Position numbers and translations under genes: made by a program
Shown here: in pieces, positions 27,898-36,811 of the stretch
Layout: each line of letters opens with the position of its first letter
How positions within the stretch are numbered: the stretch's first letter is position 1
The notes under the pieces: model-generated
The model's database searches: none
Seen by the model: only the letters and a program-made list of their open reading frames with translations
Told to the model about the DNA's origin: nothing
From: an uncultured delta proteobacterium
Lineage (GTDB): Bacteria > Myxococcota_A > Polyangia > Haliangiales > Haliangiaceae
DNA: 64,000 bases
NCBI GenBank assembly: GCA_963848295.1
Contig: CAWKDB010000010.1
Span: forward strand, 3,008,001-3,072,000
Direction: 5' to 3'

Positions 27898-29087
27898 CCG
27901 CCGGCAAGTCGAAACGACCGGGTACGCGCGGTGATCCGACGAGCTCGGGCAAGACGCCGAGGCCGCGGTTGAAGCCACCGGCGCCACCGAGCGCCCGGCG
28001 CGCCGAGTTGCCGCGACCGTCGCGGGTAGCCATCGACGCGCAGTCGACGCCGCCACCGCCACCACCGCGCACGATTCCGCCGCCGGCACCGGGCTCGCCG
28101 CTCGCGGTCGCAGCGGCGCGGCACGAGATCACCGACGACGCGGTCGTCGAGACCACCGAGCTGGCCGACGTGCCGCAGCTGCGCGTCGCGGTGTTCGAAG
28201 ATGAGGGCTTTCTCGAGACCGCGCAGGATGCGGTGATCGCCGCTGGCCACATCGTCGCGGGCGGCGGCTGCGGCGACTCCGGGCGGGCGCGCATCGTCGA
28301 GCTCGTCCATCGCGGCGGCATCGACGCGGTCGTCGTCGGCTTGCCCGGCGGCGAGGCCGTGATCGACGCCGCGCTCGCACTCGAGCCGCGCCGGCCGGTC
28401 GCGATCGCGGCGCTGTCATCGGAGATCGTCACGGCGGCCCGCCGGGCGATCGCCGCGGGCGCCGATCTGGTCACCCGCCGGCCGCACGGCGTAGGCTCGC
28501 TCGCGCCGATGTTGCTCGCCGCCGCCCGGTTGCACGTCGAACGCCGCGCCGCGCTCAGCGCCCGCGGCAGCGAAGCGGTGTTGCGCGCCCGGCTCGAGCA
28601 GATCGCGCATGGCGATCCGCGTGGCTTGGCGTCGTTCGAGCTGTTCCAGCGCGAGCTCGAGCGCGAGATCAAGCGCGCGAAGCGCTACGGCTACGCGTTG
28701 TCGGTCGCGCTATTTGCGGTCGAGATCCCACCACCGCCGCCGCCGGCGGGCATTCGCGGCATCTTGCGTGCGCGCGCCGGCAACGCGATCGTCCATTCGA
28801 TTCGCGACATCGATCTCGCGACCGAGCTCGACCACGAGCGCTACCTCGTGCTCTTGCCGTACACCGATCTGAGCGGCGCCGCGGAGGTCGCACAGCGCAT
28901 CCTCGCGACCGTCGCGGCGGGCGAGCCCGTGGTCGCCGCCGGTCGCTCGTTCCCGCCCAGGGTCGTCGGTGCGGTCGCCGGTGCTCGCGCGGATCAGCCG
29001 CTGAGCTTCGCGCGCCTCATGAAAGACGCGACGCGAGCACTCGATCAGGCGCGACGCGATGGCGCGGAGCTCGCGGTGCAGCCATGA
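27894..29087 (+). CDS. Pseudo-receiver plus degenerate GGDEF domain protein
   Basis: LEREIKRAKRYGYALSVAL...IRDIDLATELDHERYLVLLPYTDLSGAAEVAQRI. Confidence 0.8.
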   Translation: MTAGKSKRPGTRGDPTSSGKTPRPRLKPPAPPSARRAELPRPSRVAIDAQSTPPPPPPRTIPPPAPGSPLAVAAARHEITDDAVVETTELADVPQLRVAVFEDEGFLETAQDAVIAAGHIVAGGGCGDSGRARIVELVHRGGIDAVVVGLPGGEAVIDAALALEPRRPVAIAALSSEIVTAARRAIAAGADLVTRRPHGVGSLAPMLLAAARLHVERRAALSARGSEAVLRARLEQIAHGDPRGLASFELFQRELEREIKRAKRYGYALSVALFAVEIPPPPPPAGIRGILRARAGNAIVHSIRDIDLATELDHERYLVLLPYTDLSGAAEVAQRILATVAAGEPVVAAGRSFPPRVVGAVAGARADQPLSFARLMKDATRALDQARRDGAELAVQP

Positions 29088-29899
29088 CCACGCACATCCA
29101 CGGCACGACGCGGGTGGCTGCGGTCATCGGTTGGCCGGTCGAGCACTCGCGCAGCCCCGAGATGTTGAACGCGGCGTTCTCGGACACCGGCATCGACGCC
29201 GTGCTCGTGCCGATCGGCGTGCCGCCGGCATCACTCTCCGTCGCGATCGCCGGCCTGCGCGTACAGCGGTTCCTCGGCGCGAGCATCACCGCTCCGCACA
29301 AGCTCGCCGCCGCCGAGCTGTGCGACGAGCTCTCGCCGGCCGCGAAGGCGATCGGCGCCGCGAACTGCTTGGTCCTGGCGGGCGACAAGCTCGTCGGCCA
29401 CAACACCGACGCCGACGGCTTCGCCGATGCACTGGCCGCCGCCGGCTTCGATCATCGCGGCAAGCGCGTCGTCATCATCGGAGCCGGAGGAGCCGCACGC
29501 GCGGTCGAGTACGGCTTGCGCGGTGCCGCCGCGATCGACGTCGTCGCGCGCCGGCACACCGAGATCACGTGGACCCGCGCGCGCCCGATCGCCGGCATCG
29601 CCGACGACTTCGCAAACGCCGATCTCGTCGTCGACTGCACGCCGACCGGGCTCGATGACCGCGAGGACGTCGCGTTCGCGGGGTCACTCCCGCTCGATCG
29701 ACTGCGCCAATCCGCGTGGGTGGCGACGCTCGTCTATCACCGCCGCCCGGCGTTGTTGAGTCATGCCGCGGCGCGCGGTCACCAGGTCATCGACGGTCGC
29801 GCGATGCTCGTGCATCAGGGCGCGCGCGCCTTTACGATCTGGACCGGGGTCGCCGCTCCGATCGATAGGATGAGCGACGCCCTCGCGCGCGGTCTGTGA
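29084..29899 (+). CDS. aroE: Shikimate dehydrogenase
   Basis: IGWPVEHSRSP, ITAPHK, GHNTDADG, IGAGGAARA, MLVHQGA. Confidence 0.95.
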   Translation: MTTHIHGTTRVAAVIGWPVEHSRSPEMLNAAFSDTGIDAVLVPIGVPPASLSVAIAGLRVQRFLGASITAPHKLAAAELCDELSPAAKAIGAANCLVLAGDKLVGHNTDADGFADALAAAGFDHRGKRVVIIGAGGAARAVEYGLRGAAAIDVVARRHTEITWTRARPIAGIADDFANADLVVDCTPTGLDDREDVAFAGSLPLDRLRQSAWVATLVYHRRPALLSHAAARGHQVIDGRAMLVHQGARAFTIWTGVAAPIDRMSDALARGL

Positions 29900-29997
29900 A
29901 GACAGCGTGAAGCGGCAAAACCTGGCCCGCCTCGCGACGTACTAAGGGAACACCGCATGCAACGCTTGGGCGTGCACGTGGTCGCATGAGGTCGAAC

Positions 29998-30735
29998 ATG
30001 AGGAACTTCCGTCGGTTCCACGGCGCTGTGGTCGCGAGCATGTTGCTCGGAGTCACAGGGCCCCATGTCGGATGGGCCGATTCCGACCGCAGCCTGGACG
30101 ACGTCGTCCCGACCGCACCGAAATCCGACAATGGCCTGACGGCAAGGGTTGGCACCGCTGCCGGCCTCGTCTACGGCGCGCCGGCCAACGTCACCGCGCT
30201 CGGCCTCACCGCCGCGATCGGCCAGCGCTTCGGCCGGCTCGCGATCGAAGCCGAGTACACGTACTTATCGTTCCAGCAACAGGCGACCTATACCACTCCG
30301 TTCGGGGTCGAATCCGGCGACATCGGCGTCGGCGATGGCAACCGTCTCGATCTCATGGCGCGGTTTGATCTGCTGCGCTTCGGTCCGCGCGTCGATCGCT
30401 CGAGCCGATCGCTGTTCACGATCTACGTCGAGGGCGGCGCCGGCATCGCGATCGACCACTGGGACAAGCCGGCAAGCGACGAGATGGATCGCGTCGTGCC
30501 CGACAACTCGAAACGCGTCGAGGGCCAAGGCGGCTTCGGCTTGATGATCTTCCCGCATCGCGTCGCGTGGCTGATCGGGTGGCGGTTCGCGGTGTCGCCG
30601 CACGAAGACGCGATGGGCTCGATCTGTCGCGGCGCCGGCGTGTGTCGCTCGGTCGTGATGAACGACGCCAGCGGGACCGGCTCGTTCATCGATCGCTCGA
30701 TGCTGTTCCAGTCGAGCCTCGAGTTCACGTTCTGA
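29998..30735 (+). CDS. Putative outer-membrane beta-barrel-like protein
   Basis: Signal peptide, alternating hydrophobic strands, C-terminal LEFTF. Confidence 0.65.
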   Translation: MRNFRRFHGAVVASMLLGVTGPHVGWADSDRSLDDVVPTAPKSDNGLTARVGTAAGLVYGAPANVTALGLTAAIGQRFGRLAIEAEYTYLSFQQQATYTTPFGVESGDIGVGDGNRLDLMARFDLLRFGPRVDRSSRSLFTIYVEGGAGIAIDHWDKPASDEMDRVVPDNSKRVEGQGGFGLMIFPHRVAWLIGWRFAVSPHEDAMGSICRGAGVCRSVVMNDASGTGSFIDRSMLFQSSLEFTF

Positions 30736-30780
30736 CCCCTTCGACCGGCCTCGCGTCGTGGGTTGTGTTACGACCTGCCC

Positions 30781-31098
30781 ATGCGAGCACTCCTGGCTTC
30801 GATCGCGTTCCTCGTCGCGTGCGGCGGCCCCAAGCACAAAGACACCACGATCGTTAACGAAGGCTCGGACGTTCCTCAGAACTGCTGCTGCAAGACCAAT
30901 CCGCCTTCGAGTGAAGACGGCAAACCGGTCTACGCGATGGCGAATCGAATGGAGTGTTCGACCGAACAAGGCGCGTGCGTTGACAACGTGCAGTGCAACG
31001 CGAGCATGAACAAGGACGAGCCGCCGTCGAGCACCGGCGTGCCACCACCGCCGGGCGCTGGCGCCTCGGATCCGACCGCAGCGCCGATTCCGCGCTGA
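30781..31098 (+). CDS. Small Cys-rich lipoprotein
   Basis: FLVACGG lipobox; CCCK...C...C...C; Pro-rich tail. Confidence 0.7.
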   Translation: MRALLASIAFLVACGGPKHKDTTIVNEGSDVPQNCCCKTNPPSSEDGKPVYAMANRMECSTEQGACVDNVQCNASMNKDEPPSSTGVPPPPGAGASDPTAAPIPR

Positions 31099-31212
31099 TC
31101 CTCGCGCGACTGTCGCAGTCGAGGTTTCCAAACATCAGACTGTCACGCGCGGTGGCCTCGCCGCGTCTGGAATTCGCTTGCCGGCGCGGGCGAGAAAGCC
31201 AATGCTGAAGTC

Positions 31213-31836
31213 ATGAGGATGCTCGCGGCGTTTGCGATCGTGGCGGCGACCGGCGGCGTGGCCTCCGCCGAGCCCATACTCGGATTCGGCCTCGCGTACG
31301 GCGTCGGCGATACCCAAGCGCCGGCTCAACACGAGATCGGACCGATGGTGTCGTTGACCGAACGCCTCGGCGCGTTCTCGGGTGTCTTCGACTACACGTA
31401 CCTGAGCTTTCTCGACATGGACACGACCGCGAGCGGAGTCCATCGGCTCAGCGCGAGCCTTCGCTTCGACGTGTATCGCGCGCGCCGCAATCGCTGCACG
31501 ATCGGGCTCGCGTGTACGCGCGAGCATTCGATGTACGTCGATGCCGGCGTCGGCGAGCGCATCGGCCGCTGGTACCTCGACTACAACCATCGATCGCCCG
31601 GACCGGATCCGCATCCGGAAGCGCACGTCGGCCTCGGCTTCGAGTTCGACAGCGCGGTGCATCCGCGCCGGATGGGCGGTCAACTCGGGATCCGCCTCGC
31701 GTTCTCGCCGCACGACGCGACCGAAGTCCCATCGTGCCGCTCCTCGCCGGGCACGACCTGTGGCACGAGCTCGACCGGCGGCGGCGGGATCGACCGCGCG
31801 ATCTTCATCGAGTGGACGTTCCTCATCGGGCTCTAG
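31213..31836 (+). CDS. Putative outer-membrane beta-barrel-like protein, paralogue of 29998-30735
   Basis: Shared YTYLSF, RFD, YVxxGxG, RxAxSPH, Cys pair and IDR motifs. Confidence 0.65.
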   Translation: MRMLAAFAIVAATGGVASAEPILGFGLAYGVGDTQAPAQHEIGPMVSLTERLGAFSGVFDYTYLSFLDMDTTASGVHRLSASLRFDVYRARRNRCTIGLACTREHSMYVDAGVGERIGRWYLDYNHRSPGPDPHPEAHVGLGFEFDSAVHPRRMGGQLGIRLAFSPHDATEVPSCRSSPGTTCGTSSTGGGGIDRAIFIEWTFLIGL

Positions 31837-32331
31837 ACCGATCTAGACCCAATGCCGAGCCTGTTGGTGGGCTGTTCGTTTGTGACCGACCGCGCTCGAA
31901 GTGTCCGGCGCGCCCGGTCGCTCACAATCCGAACAGCCCCTGACGCCACGATGGTTGGTTCCATGGATCGATTTGAATGATCGACGAATGGAAGACGACG
32001 CTCCTTCCCTTCTCCCCGAAAACACAAAACATCTTGGTGGCAGAGCCTGTGGCGCGATGTGGACGGGTGCGCCGCTACCTCGGTCGCCTCGTGGTCATCG
32101 CGATCGATTCGCGGCGCAGCCGTCCAAGGAGCGAGGTCAGCCGCGGACGATCGACGGCGAGGGCCGCAATCGGCGGCGCGAGCGGCTGTCCGCGCGAGCG
32201 GCATCGTCCACAGGCCGGCGCACGCAGCCGGCGTTGTGCAACATGTCTGGTTTGGACCCCAAGACGAACTCATTATTGTATGTGCCGAATCAATTGACGC
32301 GATCCTCGACGGTGCTATGCCGATGTCTGTC

Positions 32332-32826
32332 GTGTCATCTTCGCGCAATCGGCAACTTGAGATCCCGCGGCCCGACAAGAACGGGCAACGTCGAGGCGGC
32401 AAGCGACCGGGCGCAGGGCGCAAGCCGAAGGGGCCGTGCGCCGGTGTCACTCATGCGCGGCGTGTCGAGCTCGACCCGAGCAAGCCGCCGCACATCACGT
32501 TGCGTGTGGTCGCGGCGATCGCCGCACTGCGCACCGAGAAGGCCTATCGCGCGATCCGTAAGGCGCTACAAGTCTCGGCGTTCAATCAACTCGGGTTGCG
32601 GATCTGCCATTTCAGTGTGCAGCGCGATCATCTCCACTTGATCTGCGAGGCCGACAACAACACCGCGCTCGCACGTGGCATGCAGAGCTTCAAGATCTCG
32701 GCCGCCAAGCAGCTCAACCACGAGCTGCGCCGTCGCGGCTCAGGACGATGGGCGGCGCTTCATCTATCGAGGCGGCAAGATCGTCGAGATCCAGCGCTGG
32801 GCCGATGGCAGACTCGCGTCGACTAA
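32332..32826 (+). pseudogene. C-terminally truncated RAYT/IS200-like Y1 transposase
   Basis: RGGKRPGAGRK, PHITLR, SVQRDHLHLICEA (HUH). Similarity ends at LRRRG, before the region expected to carry the catalytic Tyr. Confidence 0.8.
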
Positions 32827-33030
32827 GCCATTTGCGCCGAAGATCGCCGGCCCCGCAGATGGGTCGCCTCGCGCCGGCAACCTCCGACGCACTGCTCTCC
32901 CGAATAATCCGAGCAGGCCGTCGCGATATCCGCCGATTGGCCATGATTGCGGTGGCTTGCCGCGACCGCAACGCGAGCTGACGGACCAAGGCCCGCCGCG
33001 TACTTATGTGTGACCTTCAACGAGGTGTTT

Positions 33031-33861
33031 ATGTCTACCGAAGCGGTTCAATGGCTGATGAAAGTGCTGCAACCCGAGAAGACGTTGGGCTCGATGCCCG
33101 GAATCTCCGCGCTCACCGAGGGCACCCGCGCCGCCCTCCTCGGGGTGGATCCCGAGACCTACCGCGCAGAGCTCGCGCGGATGCGCAGCGCCGTGACGGA
33201 CGCCGCCTGCGAGCTGCTCGCCGATCCCGCCGTAGCGGCGATGGTCGATCGCCTCCCGCTGCAGAAGGGGGCGCGGATCGTCGCCTTCGGTGACAGCCAC
33301 ACGGCCGACCCGCAGTCCTGGGCCACGATCGTCGCCGAGATGCTGGCCGCGCGGCGTCCGGCCGACGAGTTGTCGGTGGCGGTCCGCGCGGTCCCAGGCG
33401 AGACTACGACCCACGGGCTGGTCCGAATCGGCGAGGCGCTCGCCCTCCAGCCGGACTGGCTCCTCTTCCTCATCGGGGTGAACGACGCGCGGACGCAGGG
33501 GCCGAGCCCGAGCAAGACGCTGGTCGACCGCGGCGAGACGGCGCGCAACCTCGCCGCGCTGCGCAGCCGCGCGTCGCACGAGACGAAGGCGCACTGTCTT
33601 TGGCTCACGCCTCCCGCGGTGATCGAAGACCGGGTGGCAACGCACTGGGGCCTGTCGCGCCTCGGCGTACGCTTCCGCAACGAGGACGTTGCGGACGTCG
33701 CGCGCGCGGTGCGTGAGCTCGGCGGTCCGACTATCGACCTCTTCTCGATCCTGGGCTCGCCGACTCCGGCCGACCTATTGATGGACGACGGCCTCCACTT
33801 CACCCTTGCGGGGCAGAAGCGCATCGCCCTCGAGGTCCTGCGCGGCTGGAGCAATCACTAA
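33031..33861 (+). CDS. SGNH/GDSL hydrolase
   Basis: VAFGDSH, GETT, IGVND, DGLH; GAGG RBS upstream. Confidence 0.88.
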   Translation: MSTEAVQWLMKVLQPEKTLGSMPGISALTEGTRAALLGVDPETYRAELARMRSAVTDAACELLADPAVAAMVDRLPLQKGARIVAFGDSHTADPQSWATIVAEMLAARRPADELSVAVRAVPGETTTHGLVRIGEALALQPDWLLFLIGVNDARTQGPSPSKTLVDRGETARNLAALRSRASHETKAHCLWLTPPAVIEDRVATHWGLSRLGVRFRNEDVADVARAVRELGGPTIDLFSILGSPTPADLLMDDGLHFTLAGQKRIALEVLRGWSNH

Positions 33862-33864
33862 TAT

Positions 33865-34767
33865 ATGAGACACCTCATTACGGGCGCGACCGGGAACATC
33901 GGCTCGCTGGTCACCCAACGCCTGATCGATCGCGGCGATCGCCCTTGCGTCTTCGTGCGTGACGCCGCGAAGGCGCGGTCGCAGTTCGGTGATGCGGTCG
34001 AGATCCGCGTCGGGGATTTGGCGGCTGACCAGGCGTCGCTGTCGGCGGCGTTCGCCGGCGCCGACTCGCTCTTTCTCCTCAACGTCGGGCCCGAGCTCGC
34101 GGCACGCGATCGCGTGGCCGCGCTCGCAGCCAAGGCCGCGGGCGTGCGTCACCTGGTCAAGCTCTCGACGCTCGACGTGCTCTCGAGCGTGGGGACCGGG
34201 CCGTGGCACGCGCGCGGCGAGGCCGCAGTGCGCGACAGCGGCGTCGCCTTCACGTTCATTCAAACGGCGGCCTTCATGTCCAACGCGCTCCACTGGGCTC
34301 ACTCGATCAAGGCCGAGGGGGTCCTGCGATCGTCGACGGGCGACGGCAAGATCGCATTCATCCACCCACACGACATCGCCGCCGTCGCCGTCCGCGCTCT
34401 GACTACGCGCGACCATCACGGCGAGGCGATCGTGATCAGCGGGCCGCGAGCGCTGAGCTACGCCGAGATGGTCGCGGCGATTGGCGCCGCGATCGGGGAG
34501 TCCGTTCGCTTCGTCCACATCACTGACGGCGAGGCGCGCGTGGGTACCGGCCCCTACGCGGAGGCGCTAATGGACATCTGGCGCGCGATCCGAGAAGGCC
34601 GCGTGGCCACGGTGACCGATGGGGTGCAGCGCATCCTCGACCGCGAGCCGTCGTCCTTCGACCAGTGGGTCGCGGAGAACGCCGACGCGTTCGTCAGGCC
34701 GGGTGCGAGTCGAGGTAGACGAGCACCGTCCGTACGGCCTCCTCCTTCGCGCTCGCGAGCGAGATGA
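33865..34767 (+). CDS. NmrA-like NAD(P)H-binding oxidoreductase
   Basis: LITGATGNIG, FIHPHDIAAVA, SGPRALSY; 3' end overlaps TetR by 74 nt. Confidence 0.9.
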   Translation: MRHLITGATGNIGSLVTQRLIDRGDRPCVFVRDAAKARSQFGDAVEIRVGDLAADQASLSAAFAGADSLFLLNVGPELAARDRVAALAAKAAGVRHLVKLSTLDVLSSVGTGPWHARGEAAVRDSGVAFTFIQTAAFMSNALHWAHSIKAEGVLRSSTGDGKIAFIHPHDIAAVAVRALTTRDHHGEAIVISGPRALSYAEMVAAIGAAIGESVRFVHITDGEARVGTGPYAEALMDIWRAIREGRVATVTDGVQRILDREPSSFDQWVAENADAFVRPGASRGRRAPSVRPPPSRSRAR

Positions 34768-35287
34768 GGGGAGGCCGCTGTGCCACCCCGTGCACCAGCG
34801 ACTCGATCAAGTTGGGCAAGACGAACAGCATCCGCTTCGCCTCGTCATCAGTGGGCGCGATCACCCGCTCGAACGTCTCGCGGAGCGCGGCTCGAAACCC
34901 CGCCGGTCCCTCCGGCACCAGCGCGGTGACGAGCTGGTGGAGCTCGGGATCGGCGGCGTGCACGTCCGCGAGACCCTCGACCAGCGCGCGCGCGAAGTCC
35001 TCGAGCGACCCCGACACGCGCTCGGCCAGCGCGCGGTCGATCACCCGTCGCACGTCGTCCACGTGCCGCTCGTGGAGCGCCCGGTAGATCGCCTGCTTGT
35101 CGGGGAAGTACTGATAGAGAGACCCGATGCTGACGCCCGCGGCCTCGGCGATGCGGTTGGTGGTGACCGCGTCGGGGCCGTGGCGCTTGAGCACGAGCGT
35201 CACCGCGTCGAGCACCACGTCCACGGTTTGCCGCGACCGGTGCTGCCGCGGCCCGCGTCGGGTCTGGGCTCTGGGTGCGCCTCTCAT
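34694..35287 (-). CDS. TetR/AcrR family transcriptional regulator
   Basis: TTNRIAEAAGVSIGSLYQYFPDKQA HTH. Confidence 0.92.
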   Translation of the reverse strand: MRGAPRAQTRRGPRQHRSRQTVDVVLDAVTLVLKRHGPDAVTTNRIAEAAGVSIGSLYQYFPDKQAIYRALHERHVDDVRRVIDRALAERVSGSLEDFARALVEGLADVHAADPELHQLVTALVPEGPAGFRAALRETFERVIAPTDDEAKRMLFVLPNLIESLVHGVAQRPPLISLASAKEEAVRTVLVYLDSHPA

Positions 35288-35658
35288 CGTGACGTACTCG
35301 TCGCTTGCTGACCGGACGTCACTCGCGATGGCGGGGTGACGTCGATGACATCGGCGAGAACGTGAGCGTCGCGCTGCGCGCCGCGAAAAATACGCCCTTC
35401 CCAATTAGACCGGGCGGCCCTTCGCTCGGCTGCATCCACGTTCGAAGCGTAGCACCTGCGGGCCTTTGGTGGCCTGCGGTCATGGACGACCGCTCGGCTC
35501 GCGCGCAGGCTCAGGTCGACAACGGGCAGAGCTGAAGCGGTTGCGTAGTCCGAACGCGTACATCTCCGTCCACTGACCGTGTGCCATCGTCGGCCCAGCG
35601 TCACGGCCAACGATCACCCCGTCACGACGTCCTCGGCCGTACGGTTACGTTGTGAAGA

Positions 35659-35960
35659 ATCATGAGACGTCCACGTCCACGATCTCGAGCAACCGTCTTG
35701 AGCCGCAATGTCGGTACCGCTGAACATCGCGGAAGCGGCAGGAAAAACGAGCGACGCCGATCGAAACAACCGCTACCCGATCGCTCGCGGGGAGGCCATG
35801 GAATGCGGCGCCATCATCGATGTCGTCCGGCTCATCGACGACGTGCGCGAGCCCGAACTAGCTGCGGCGAAACAACTCCTCATTCGAGTCGTCGGGATGC
35901 TGAGCAAGATGTGGCGCTAATCGTGGACGTGTACGTGCACGGACACGTGACACGTGCACG
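35659..35960. repeat. Hexamer-unit inverted repeats flanking the four-helix-bundle relic
   Basis: 35667-35683 ACGTCCACGTCCACGAT vs 35920-35936 ATCGTGGACGTGTACGT, 16/17 as inverted repeats; right arm continues in GTGNAC/CACG units. Confidence 0.7.
35708..35920 (+). pseudogene. N-terminally truncated four-helix-bundle (23S IVP/TIGR02436-like) protein
   Basis: AAMSVPLNIAEAAGK...IARGEAMECGA...LLIRVVGMLSKM; the N-terminal part is missing and an in-frame stop lies just upstream. Confidence 0.8.
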
Positions 35961-36013
35961 ACGGAAACGGCACTAACTTACCGGCATTGGATCTAGACCG
36001 ATCTAGACCCGAT

Positions 36014-36595
36014 CTAGACCGCGCGCCACGCGGCGGTGAGCACGCCGATGATGGCTGCGAGCCAGGTCGTACCGCTGGCGAGCACGGCGAGTGACACCAC
36101 GATCGGCGAGATCACCTCGCCACCGTCTTGCTGCGGTTCCCACAGCGTCAAGATCAGCGCGACCGCAGCCGAGACCAGGACGCCGAGTGCGACCCAATGC
36201 TCCTTGACGTCGAACCAGCGCGCCGCGGCCGCCGCTCGCCGCACCATGTCCGCGGTCGTCGGGTTGATCGTCGGCGGCTCGTGCGCCTTCACAGCGATCC
36301 GTGCGAGCTCGCTATCCTTCGTCGTCTGTTGCGCGCCCACCGCGGTGGGATTCTCGAGGTACGCGGTACGGACCTCGACCCGGTACGTCGGGTACATGAT
36401 GTTGCCGACGAGGAACGCCGCACCTTGCAGCGCGAGCGCGAGGTACGCGAACCGGCGCACCGCGCGCCGCTTGCCGGCTTGTCCGCGCACGTAGCGGCGC
36501 AGCCAGATCACGAGGTGAGTGGTCGCGCCGACCGCCGCCACGCCGATCGCGGTGTGGAGCACGAGCAGCCACCGCGCCGCAGACTCTTCGAGCAC
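36014..36595 (-). CDS. Hypothetical membrane protein (4 TM)
   Basis: Hydrophobic helices; YPTYRVEVR and WFDVKEHW motifs. Confidence 0.75.
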   Translation of the reverse strand: MLEESAARWLLVLHTAIGVAAVGATTHLVIWLRRYVRGQAGKRRAVRRFAYLALALQGAAFLVGNIMYPTYRVEVRTAYLENPTAVGAQQTTKDSELARIAVKAHEPPTINPTTADMVRRAAAAARWFDVKEHWVALGVLVSAAVALILTLWEPQQDGGEVISPIVVSLAVLASGTTWLAAIIGVLTAAWRAV

Positions 36596-36611
36596 CCGAT
36601 ATTCGTACCAC

Positions 36612-36712
36612 GGAGAAATTGATCAATTGATCAACAGGCGACAGGCAACAGGCAATTCCGGATCCGGCATTGCCTGTTGCCCGTTGCCTGTTCTTGGTTG
36701 ATCAATTTCCCC
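36612..36712. repeat. About 100-bp imperfect palindrome built from AACAGGC heptamers
   Basis: GAAATTGATCAA (36615-36626)/TTGATCAATTTC (36698-36709); AACAGGCGACAGGCAACAGGCAAT (36633-36656)/ATTGCCTGTTGCCCGTTGCCTGTT (36669-36692); central CCGGATCCGG. Confidence 0.88.
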
Positions 36713-36730
36713 GATCGCCCTTTCGTTCCG

Positions 36731-36766
36731 AAAAACGAAAAGGCCTCCCGGGTGGAAGGCCTTCCC
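36731..36766 (-). terminator. Probable intrinsic terminator after ftsZ
   Basis: Minus strand reads GAAGGCCTTCC-ACCC-GGGAGGCCTT followed by TTCGTTTTT. Confidence 0.75.
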
Positions 36767-36811
36767 GCTAGGGAGGGTTGCGTCGGGTGACGCAAAAGCT
36801 AAGCGATAGAG

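Larger units (their letters stand above)
31850..35989. mobile_element. Non-autonomous cargo element with IS4-like terminal inverted repeats and 10-bp target-site duplication
   Basis: Left end CAATGCCGAGCCTGTTGG; right end (reverse complement) CAATGCCGGTAAGTTAG; GATCTAGACC at 31840-31849 and 35990-35999. Confidence 0.75.

Noticed and set aside
32745..33013. DDGRRFIYRGGKIVEIQRWADG segment after the RAYT break
   Set aside because: It looks like a fragment of another gene but has no start and is too short to assign.
35708..35920. Diversity-generating retroelement (Avd-like four-helix bundle)
   Set aside because: No reverse transcriptase and no TR/VR pair with adenine-specific differences. The 5914/6117 pair differs at synonymous positions of all base types.
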